Below are positions 12,802 through 22,503 of a DNA stretch of 64,000 bases, one piece after another. The translations under genes and the position numbers were made by a program. This DNA comes from Hypanus sabinus (Eukaryota). Below the pieces are notes generated by a model. That model did not search any database and was not told the origin of the DNA. It worked only from the letters and a program-made list of their open reading frames with translations. How positions within the stretch are numbered: the first letter of the stretch is position 1; each line of letters starts with the position of its first letter. The stretch lies in NCBI RefSeq assembly GCF_030144855.1, contig NC_082712.1, forward strand, positions 89,590,001-89,654,000, written 5' to 3'.

Positions 12802-13606
12802 TGTGATGCCCTGGCTAAGATTTTTACTGCTATGCACTGCCTATTTCATTTTAGCAGGTCTGTAAGAGCAATCTTTTCTGCTTTCCTCATGTTTGGGTTT
12901 GAGCTAAAGATAAGGGGTCGTGATGTTCATGCTTAGGAATGTAGTGTCGTCCAGTCAGGATGGTGGAATTGGGAGAATCCTGGGCGGAGAGGTTTTTGTG
13001 ACGGACACTGGTGTGGTTCGAGGTCTTTTTGGTGGGAGCTGGGAAATGACAGGAGGGAAGATGACTGAGGATGCTGTCCCTGTTGCACAAGGTACTTTGT
13101 GCAGATGAATGGCTTCAAGGAGAAAGAACCAATACTCCCATGGGGGTGCCTGAATGTTCAGGATGGATTTTGAGTGACATTTGGAAGATGGTGTGGACTT
13201 TCAGGCAGATCGTGGGTGCAGAGCATGAGTTAAAGACAACTTTGAGATGAGCTCCAGCTTGTGTGCACATTTGGACTGGGGTTAACTGTAATAGGCCCTT
13301 TTAATTTTTTTCCTTTTCTTTTCCTACTAGCTGTTGAAATTTGTAAATATACTTCCTTTATAATTGTATGCAGTGTACGGTATGTTCTTTCTTGATGACG
13401 GGCGATTGCATGGGGCAGTAATTACACAGTATTCACACAGATCGGGGTTCGGGTGGGAGAGACATCCCAACTTCCCGGGTTTGGAGGGACCCAAGACATA
13501 CCAACCCTAGACGTACGGAGCCTGGGGAAGGTGGCTTTCTTGACACCGCTGAGTCCGGTGGCTGATAAACCACATCTTTAGAGATGCCCAATAAAAAGGG
13601 GTTTCA
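12802..13606. mobile_element. Probable solo LTR nested in a Penelope-like fragment
   Basis: TG...CA termini, 4-bp TSD CTCT on both sides, terminal similarity TGTGATGCCCT / AGGGGTTTCA; the host element resumes after 13610. Confidence 0.65.
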
Positions 13607-13649
13607 CTCTCCTGACCCTGCCTTCTTACTCTGACCTGCTCTTTCTTTG

Positions 13650-13687
13650 CAGTCCCTGATGAAGGGTCTCAGCCTGAAACACCAACT
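13650..13687 (+). ncRNA. Decayed minimal hammerhead ribozyme motif in a Penelope-like pLTR
   Basis: CAGTCC-CTGATGA-AGGGTCTCAGCCT-GAAA-CACC: both core boxes intact, cleavage-site region mutated. Confidence 0.6.
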
Positions 13688-14019
13688 CTTTACTCTTTTC
13701 CACGGATGCTGCCTGGCCAGCTGAGTTCCTCCAGCATTGCGTGTGTGTGTGTGTGTGTATTTACATGCCTACGTTCCTCTCCTGAACAAGAGAGCACAGC
13801 ACAGGATTTCTAACATCTACAGATTACGTTTCTGATCACCGTTTACCACTTCTCTACATCGCAGATGGGGTGGCACACATAGAGTTGGTGAGTCAAGCAT
13901 GGATGGTGGCCTGTACCCTGGGACTGGTGTTGCAGGGAGAGAGGGGGTGAGGAAAGGAAGGTGGAAAAGTGGTACAAATTTCTCTCAATGCTATGGCAAA
14001 AAAGTGAAAAGCATAGGGA

Positions 14020-14665
14020 GAAGAGATTCTGCAGATGCTGGAAATCCAGACTGACACACACAAAATGAGACTACGTGTGGCTTCCTCTACGTCAATGAGA
14101 CCAGACATAGACTGGGCGACCACTTTGTCAAGCACGTTTGCTTCGTCAGCGACTGGGAGGATTTTCCGGTGGACAGCCATTTTAATTCTGCTCCTCATTC
14201 CCATTCAGAAATGTCAGTCCTCTATTGCTGCAATGAGGCCACCCTCAGGCTGGAGAAGCAACACCTCACATTCTGTTTGAGTGTCCTCCAACCTGACGGG
14301 ATGAACAACAATTTCTCTAACTTCTGGGAATTTCTTCTCTCTCCCCCCCATCTCACCCTTTCCTTTCCCCATTCTGGCTCCCCTCTTACCTCTTCTCCTC
14401 ACCTCTGGTACTCATCCTCTTTCCCTTTTTGCCATGCACCACTGTTCTCTCCTATCAGATTCCTCCTTCCTCTTCCACCTTTCACCTCTCAGCTTCTCAT
14501 TTCATTCCTCTCTCCCCCACCCACCCACCTTCCCTCCTCACCTTCTTATTCTGGCTTCTACTCACTTCCTTTCCCGCCCCAATGAAAGGATTCGGCTCAT
14601 AATGTCAACTCTCTATTGGTGCTGCTTGACCCACTGAATTACTCTAGCATCTTGTGCGTGTTAAT
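14020..14665 (+). mobile_element. Penelope-like element 3' fragment (GIY-YIG remnant plus pLTR) with a short inverted pLTR piece at its 5' junction; related pieces about 1800-2130, 4160-4340 -, 12440-13760, 24230-24680 -, 28630-28930 -
   Basis: YVNETRHRLGDHFVKH...HFNSAPHSHSEMS...EATLRLEKQHLTFCLSVLQPDGMN is a decayed PLE GIY-YIG C-terminus, followed by a pyrimidine-rich tract and the shared terminal motif. Confidence 0.8.
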
Positions 14666-14691
14666 GTGGAAAGCAATTATTTTCCCAACAG

Positions 14692-14881
14692 GACTAACTA
14701 CCTGATGAATCAGACTCTGTGGAAAATCTGTAGTAAGCCCGACAATATCGTGATGTGGAACGTGGTCCTCTTCTCCATTTTACTTGCGGCCAGTGTGATC
14801 GAGCTGGTATTATGTGGCTTTCAGACCGTTAACGCAGTCATTGGAGTGTTCTGTGGAGACTGCAGGAAAAACAGGAAAGGG
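14692..14881 (+). CDS. TM4SF5: TM4SF5 coding exon 4 (190 nt)
   Basis: ccaacag acceptor in matching phase 2, gtaagt donor at 14882; TNYLMNQTLWKICSKPDNIVMWNVVLFSILLAASVIELVLCGFQTVNAVIGVFCGDCRKNRKG. Confidence 0.94.
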
Positions 14882-14899
14882 GTAAGTTGATATTATCAT

Positions 14900-15590
14900 C
14901 ACGTGCACACTTTCACAGTGAATGGTAAGCCACTGAGTGGGTTAGAGCAGAGGAGAGGGATCTGCGAATACAAATCCATAATTCCATCACAGTTAGATAG
15001 GTTCATAAAGAGAGGTCTGGGTAGATCGGTCTTCATAAATCAAAGTACTGAGTACAAGAGTTGGAGTGTTATGTTGAAGTTGTATAAGATGTTGGTGAGG
15101 CCAAACTTGGAGTATTGTGTGCAGTTTTGATCATCTACCTACAGGAAAGATATCAGTAAGATTAAAGGAGTACAGAGAAAATTTACCAAGGATGTTGCTG
15201 GGACTTGAGGACCTGATTTACAAGGAAAGGTTAAAAAGGTTAGGACTTTATTCCTTGGAGTGTAGGAAAATGTGGGGAGTTTTGATAGAGATATACCAAA
15301 ATATGAAGGGTATAGATAGGGTACGTGCAAATAGGCTTTTTCTACTGAGGCTGTTTGGGATTGGAACAAGAGGTCATAGGTTAAAGGTAAAAGGTGAAAT
15401 TCTTAAGGCAAACCTGAGGGGAACTCTTCCACTCAGAAGGGGATGTGAGTGTGGAAGGTGGATGTGGATTTGATTTCACCACTTAAGAAATGTTTGGATA
15501 AGTAGATGGTTAGGAGGGGTATGGGACTAATAGTTGGGCACAGACTCGACGGGTCAAGAAGTCTGTTTTTTGTGCTGTAGTGCTCTAAGT
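14900..15590 (+). mobile_element. CR1 (HER1-like) LINE 3' fragment; similar pieces about 6380-6640, 23245-23890, 27350-28100, 34695-35060 -, 42810-43360, 55310-55720, 60250-60920
   Basis: LKLYKMLVRPNLEYCVQF, ERLKRLGLYSLE and TRGH motifs of the CR1 ORF2 C-terminus, frameshifted. Confidence 0.88.
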
Positions 15591-16805
15591 ACACCAAGAT
15601 ACAGGTACAGTGGAAATCTTATTTGCAGCAGCGTCACAGGAATGGTAATACAGATGATACACAGAGCATAAGTCTTACAGGATAGAAAAGAGAGAGATGA
15701 AGAAAGGGTTCAAAAACAAGACCTTATTGGGAAAAGAAGGACTCAATAGGGGACAAGTCCACGGTGATCTGTTATGCTCCATTCTGAGGTAGGGTTAAGG
15801 TTGTTCAAAGTTCAAAATGCACCATTAACAACTCTAGGATTCATTTTCTTGAATGCATACCGGATAAATCCATAATAGAATAATAACTGCTGACGCCTTC
15901 CTGTCAGTTTGAACCAGTCTGGTCATTCTCTACTGATCTCTCTCATTACAAGGTGTTTTCACCCGCAGAACTGTCACTCACTGGATGTTTTTTTTTGTAT
16001 CTTTGTAAACTTTAGACTGTTGTGTGTGGAAATCCCAGGAGATCAGCAGTTTCTGAGATACCCAAACCACCCTATCAGACACCAACAATCGCTCCATGAA
16101 CAAAGCCAATTAAATCACATTTCTTCCCCATTCTGATGTTTGATCTGAACAACTGAACCTCTTGACCATGTCTGCATGCTTTCATACATTGAGTTGTTGC
16201 CACATGATTGGCTGATTAGGTATTTTCATTAACAAGCAGGTGTATAGATTTCCCTAACAAAGTGGCCACTGTGTGTAGATTCAGGTCTAGCACAAGCTAC
16301 TGAGAACAAGTTTGAGTTTATTGTCACAGGCACACTAGAAATGCCATGAAAATCAGCTTTTCACAGGAACAGCAGAGTAAGTTACACGAATTGACATGAC
16401 AAAATTTTAAAAATTAAGATTAACGACATCAGTGCAAGTTGAGGATATCTAGCCTGGGGTGGAATTAGGGTTTTGCAGGTGGACTCAGGGAGCTGATGGG
16501 TGGGGGAGATGCTGTCCTTGAACCTTCAGGTGTGGGTCTTCAGACTCCTGTTGCTCCTCCCTGAAGGCAGCACTGGGACAAGGGCATGGCCCGGATGATG
16601 AGGGTCCCTGATGTTGGACATCTCCTTCCTGGGACATCACCACTTGAAGAGATCTTTGATGGTAGGAGAGCTTTACTCAGGGTGGAACTGTCTGATTCCC
16701 ACCGTTCTGAAGACCTGTGGTGCCGCTGGGTTAACTGGTTATTGTAAATCACCTGACAGAGGTGGGTAAGGGGTAGAATCTTGAGAGAGTTGAATGTTTT
16801 TTTTT

Positions 16806-17633
16806 CACAGTGAACCAGAAAGATTTTGCTTCCCGAATACTTTGAGGTGTATCTTGTGGATTTTGGCCCGTTGATCATGAAAATCACTATGAAATTTCTC
16901 TATCACGCACCATGTTTTTGAAATTGCCTATATTTGTTAGTTCAATTCATAATTCAAGTTAATTAAAATGTTGTGCACAATTTAAGCGGAGAAGTTTTCT
17001 ATCTTGTCCAGACGTGCCTGGGAATGCTTAGGCAGAGCAGATGCTGCATGACGGGACAGATTCTAGAAAGGCTATAAATTTCTATGAAGGATTTTGATAT
17101 TTGAGACTGCTGTTTCCCAGAATAGCTGATGCCAAGATTAAGGAAGGGATTTTTGTTGCTCCATAAATCAAACAGGTAATCAATGACAGACAAAATCGAA
17201 TGGAAGATATTCAAATATGTTGTAGAAAATTTTCTTGGCAACTACAGAGCACCAAACAATGTGCAGTTGGTTGACAACATGCTTCAAGCATACAAAACCA
17301 TAAAGTGCAACATGTCACTAAAGATTCATTTTCTGCATTCCCATTTATGTTGGCACTGTCTGGAGTCATAGAGAAACAGTATTGGGACAAATGGAATCCA
17401 CCAATGCTGGCTGATTATTGTTCGACACTTAAGTGAGAAGCCTCAGACACTGAGTACAAATGAAAATCACAAAAAAAACATTTTCAGATTAGTTGAACTA
17501 TTGCTTGTTTCTCCAAATTCCTATGTGATACAAGTCGGCTGAACTTTTATCTGACTTCAGTTTAAAGCAGCTTATTGTAAACACAAACTAATTCTGAGAA
17601 AGCCAAACTTGTGAAAAAATTTGTTGTCCAGTG
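16806..17633 (+). mobile_element. Internally deleted Chapaev3-like (CMC superfamily) DNA transposon
   Basis: DAKIKEGIFV.P, VVENFLGNYRAPN..LVDNMLQAY...CNMSLKIHFLHSHL and WNPPMLADYC; right end TTGTTGTCCAGTG. Left boundary uncertain. Confidence 0.75.
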
Positions 17634-18041
17634 TTATTGGCACCTGTATTGATACAGTGATAAACTTTGCTTTACAAACAGCATGTCTGTACAAATTATT
17701 CCGAATATCGCTAGATTGGGTCGTACAATGGAAAGTAAATAAGAAATTTCAGAATAAAGTGTTACAGTTACAGAGAAAGTGCAGTGTAGGTGGTCAATAA
17801 GGTGCAAGGAGTAATGAGGTAGATTGTGAGATGAAGAATCTATCTTCATCATACAAGAAGTCTGTCCAAGACAGACAGTGGGGACAAAAGCTCTCCTCGA
17901 GCCTGGTGGTTTGTGCTTTTGCATCTTCGGCCCAATGATAGAGGGGAGGAGTGGAGAATACAGCAGATCACCTCTATATGGAGTTATGCTGTCATTATAC
18001 CTGCTGACTTGTTTCTCACCGTATGCTTTTTCTCTTTACAG

Positions 18042-18056
18042 GACAACGTTCAGTAA
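18042..18056 (+). CDS. TM4SF5: TM4SF5 probable coding exon 5 (DNVQ-stop)
   Basis: Strong acceptor gctttttctctttacag then GAC AAC GTT CAG TAA; parallels the 4-residue last exon (DTPH) recalled for human TM4SF5. Total CDS 603 nt, 200 aa. Confidence 0.72.
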   Translation, partial: DNVQ

Positions 18057-21000
18057 TGTTCAGAACCAGAGAGATGCCCATGTAGAATTTAGCACACTGT
18101 CGTTGATTCGAGCAACCTGATATGTCTTCATGGTCCCAGCAGTGGGCTTACCCCTTCCCCTACTGTCCTACTTCTACATTTCAAGGGTATTGGTTTGTAA
18201 TGACTCCAGAAGATGGTACCCTACTCCCATGGAAACAAGACTTCTGACAAAGAATCCATCTCCAAATTTACTACATCTAACCAGAGACTGAATCACTCAA
18301 ACTACCTTAGAGTGGATGTCCCCTCCGCTGCTCCACCTTCTCCTCACTCCTCATTTCCATTATTTTTCTTGCTCATCCATTTACTTTTATCTTCCAGTGT
18401 CTCTAATGTCTCTCTTACCTTTCTCCTGCTCTCTCTACCTCTCTCCCTCTGTCTGTCTCTTTCTTTCTCCCTCTCCTTCTATCCTGTTATGTTTTGTAAC
18501 TTCAAAACATTAAATTAATTCAAAAGAAGACCCAGGAGTCCAAACTGTGAGTCTAACCTTGAGTTTACTTTAAGCGAGGCATGCACATATCACATGGTAG
18601 AGTGATGTTGTCTGCAATTTGAGTATCTGTACATATAACCTGCAATCAATTATTTAAATGAATGAGAATGCTTAAACAAACAATATATATATAGAATTAC
18701 TTAAATACTACATCAAATACACACATCTCTCTCTCCCTCTCCCCCCCTGCCCCCTCTCCCCTCCCTCCCACAGACTCACTCTCTCACTCTCTCTCGGCAT
18801 CCATGTTGAGTACAAATGTTATGAAGATTACGTTCTAATAGCAGCAACAGCACAGTACATTAAAACATAAGTTAACACAAACTTAAATGGGTGTAAATTA
18901 TGCATAACTTATGTAACCAAAGCAAGCAAAATAAAATGACAAGGGTGGAAGTGTCGACTGTACTTTCCTGTACTTTTTTCCATTGATGCTGCCTGGCCTG
19001 CCAAGTTCCTACAGCACTTTGTGTGTGCTGGGCCAAATTGCTCCAACATTTTGTGTATGCGGCTTACACGTGGACTTTTTCAGATCTGGAACACAAGCCC
19101 TGTCAGCATACTGAAGACAGAGTATCTCACAACACTTAAAACCATAAATCTATAAGATAAAGGAGCAGAATTAGGCCATTTGGCATATTATGTCTGCTCT
19201 GTCATTTCATTATGGCTGATCCATTTCCCTCTCAACCTTCCCCCCATAATATTTCATGTTTGCTGTCAACCTCTGCCTTAAATATTGTTAGGACTGTGGT
19301 CTATTCTGGGGTTGGCTAGCAGGGGCAGACATAGTTCCCTAAGAGTATTTTTTTTAAGAACTTATTGGACTCTCTTGTATTGATCATTAACTACAGAAAT
19401 TCCCAATTAAAGTTAATGTGTTTGAACCCTGTACCTTATTTTGTTCAGTCTTAAAGAGTGATCTTGTAAGGGCGTGAGTGTTAATATTTTCTGTGTTTTG
19501 TTGATGTCTACTTGCTGCCCTGTCATTTTGGGACTTTATTTGTGCATCAAGATCTTGGATTACTGGATTTGTGTTTCAATTATTGCTCTTTTGAGTTGGA
19601 CTGGTTGCCTGGCTTTCTCCATGCCTATAATTGACCATCTTGGCTAAAAGAAAGTAAAAGTTGCTTTTGAATCTGCACATCAACTCTCGTCTGCTGTTGT
19701 GTTCACTCACAATCCTCACTGGTAGAATGCTGGATTTTCAACTCCTAAGTTCAATTCCTAATTGGGCCATTTCCCTGACAAATGACCCCAGTGACCTGGC
19801 CTCCATAGCTTCCCTGTACCCACACAGATTCACCACTCTCTGGCTAAAGAAATTCCTCCTCACCTCCTTTCTAAATGGTTGTCCCTGATCTGAGGCTGTG
19901 TCCCCTGGTCTTAGACAGCCCTACAATAGGAAACATCCTCTCCACATCCACTCTATTTTCAACATTCAATAGGTTTCAATGAGATCCCTTCTCATTCTTC
20001 TGAATTCTAGAACCATCAAATGCTCCTCATATGATGAGCCTTTCAATCCCGGAATCATTTTCATGAACCTCCTTTGAATCTTCTGCAATGTCAGCTCATC
20101 CTTTCTTAGATAAGGGGCCCAAAGTATCTGGAGAAGCACAAGTAGCAAGGCAGAGAAGTACTCAGACCAAACGCTGGTAAATAGAACTGATGTCGATGAG
20201 TACCATGCTCAGCATGGATTCGGTTCATGTACATTTCAATGTAGATGTGACAAATAAAGATCATCTTAAATCTGAGTAATACACACAGAATGCTGGAGGA
20301 ACTCAGGCCAGGCAGCATTGATGGAAAAAAGTAGAGTTGGTGTTTTGGGCTGAAACCCTTCAGCAAGACCAAATCTCCCTGGGTTTTAATGGGTGGTCAG
20401 TCCATTGCTGTGAATTGCCACTAGAGGGGGCCATAGCGAGCTACAGCATGGAAACGGGACCTTTGAAGTTCAAAGTAATTCATTATCAAAGTACATATAT
20501 GTCACCATGTACTATACTGAGATTCATTTCCTTGCTGGCATTCACAGTAGACACAAAGCAATATAATGGAATTAATGAAAACTGCACATAAATAGATGGA
20601 CAAAGGAAACAATGTGCAAAAGAAGACAAACTGCAAATAATAAATAAATAAACCAACAAACGGTGACAGATAAATAAATAATATTGAGAACATGAGCTGT
20701 AGAGTGCTTGAAGGCGAGTCCATTGGTTGAGGAATCAGTTCAGAGTTGAGGTGAGTGAAGTTATCCATGCTGTACTTGCAAAAAGCTGGAGGAACTCAGC
20801 AGGCTGGGGCAGCGTCTATGGAAAAGAGTGAACAGCTGATATTTTGGGGCAAGACCCTTCATCAAGAATGATGAAGGATCTCGGCCCAAAACGTCAGTTG
20901 TATTCATTTCCATAGATGCTGCCTAGCCTGCTGAGTTCCTCCAGCGTTTTCCTGTGTGGTTCTTGGATTTCCATCGTCTTTCAGCAGATTTCCTTGTGCT

Positions 21001-21814
21001 CGTTAGCCATGTTGGGTCAGCAGCCTGATGGTTGTAGGGTTCCTGTTCATGAACCCGATGGTGTGGGACCTAAGGCCCCTGTACCATATTTCTGATGGTA
21101 GCAATGAGTAGAGCATGGCCTGGTTGGTGGGGGTTCTTGCTGACGGATGCTGCTTTCCTGTGGCAGTAAGTGTGTCAGTGGTGGACTGGACTGTATCCAT
21201 CACTTTCTGTAGACTTTTCCATTCTTGGGCATTGGTGTTCCCATACCAGGCTGTGATTTAACCAGTCAGGATACGCTGCTGTGTATGTTTTGTTAAAGTT
21301 TATGATGACTAACCGCCGCCTATGATCAACTACCCACTTAAACCAATCCCATTTTACTTTTCTCCATGTTCCCATCAAGCTCCTGATTCTCCCCCTCACC
21401 CACACACTTGAGCAATTAACAATGGTCAGTTAAACTGTTGGGAATGAAGAACTAGAGGGCACAGCTTTAATGTGAGAGGAGGGAAACAGATTAGGAACAC
21501 GAGGGGCAGCATTTTCACTCAGAACGTGATCCGTACATGGAGTGAGCTGCCAGAGTCAGTGGTTGAGATTGATACATTAACAACACATAACAGGGGTACT
21601 TGGATAGGAAAGGTTTAGAGGGGCATGGGTAAATGGGACTAACTTGGTCTGCATGGACCAGCTGGACCTGTGACTCCTACTAGCGAGGGAGTACTGATGC
21701 ATTTAGGGAGAGACCAGACAAGTGTGTTGGTGAGGGAGATGGGAACGGAAAGGAGAGCTGGAGAGGAGCACGAATGGATCAGTTGGGCTGCAGGGCCTTC
21801 CCTTGGGGCTATTC

Positions 21815-21934
21815 CATGCATTTACCCACTGGGATTTGGGGAAAGGAGAGGTGTGGGGTTGAATTTTGATCGGTCCCTCCTGCAGGGAAGAACGCACTGT
21901 AACGGGGGAAGTAATCTGGAAAGTATCTCCAGAT
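21815..21934 (-). pseudogene. Second inverted fragment: 3' end of MOGAT exon 2 plus start of intron 2
   Basis: rc ATCTGGAGATACTTTCCAGATTACTTCCCCCGTTACA|gtgcgtt...ctctcctttccccaaat...gggtaaatgcatg matches about 29726-29853; one extra C shifts the frame. Confidence 0.82.
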
Positions 21935-22324
21935 ATCTATATATCTCCTGTTTAATTATGCCCAGTGATCCAGGTTGGGTAGCAGTTGGCACAACGCTTT
22001 ACAGCACCGGCTGTAACATCAGGCTTTCTTTCTGTAAGGAGTTTATACGTTCTCCCGGTGACCACGTGGGTTTCTTCCCAGTGTTCCTATATCCATGCAC
22101 ATTCCATAGACACACATTGAGAGTTATGGAGTTGTGGGCATCCCATCTTGGCATTGGAAGCATGGTGACACTTGTGGGCTGCCCCCACCACAATCCTCGC
22201 TGATCTGATGTGATGCAAAATGAAGCTTTCCTGTGCATTTGTTTACCTGCTGAAATTTGGGAGAAGGTGGGAGGGCGGTGATGGTAGGAATTCCTGACAG
22301 TCACCTCCACCACAGGATATTCTC

Positions 22325-22503
22325 TGTGATGGGGAAGTCATTGTGGAAGTATCTCCAGACGGCCCAATTGCAGACCCACGCTGACCCCCGCCTGCCGCTG
22401 GACAACATCTCTCGGTCCAGGTAGAGCCGGCCAGCGTAGAGTTCTGCGACGAGCCAGTAGTCAGTGAACAGGAGCATTACAAAGGTGACCAGACAGCGCT
22501 GGG
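22325..22503 (-). pseudogene. Inverted full-length pseudo-exon copy of MOGAT exon 2
   Basis: Reverse complement aligns without gaps to 29583-29761: AQRCLVTFVMLLFTDYWLVAELYAGRLYLDREMLSSGRRGSAWVCNWAVWRYFHNDFPIT. Acceptor ttag kept, donor GT>GA; flanking introns also homologous. Confidence 0.9.

Noticed and set aside
18485-19719. Two possible solo LTRs (about 18485-18725 and 19286-19719)
   Set aside because: TG-type starts and LTR-like composition, but no convincing TSDs or second copies in the window.
21752-21783. rc GATCCATTCGTGCTCCTCTCC resembles the start of MOGAT exon 1
   Set aside because: Short match, no extension, and in the wrong order relative to the exon 2 relics; may be chance.
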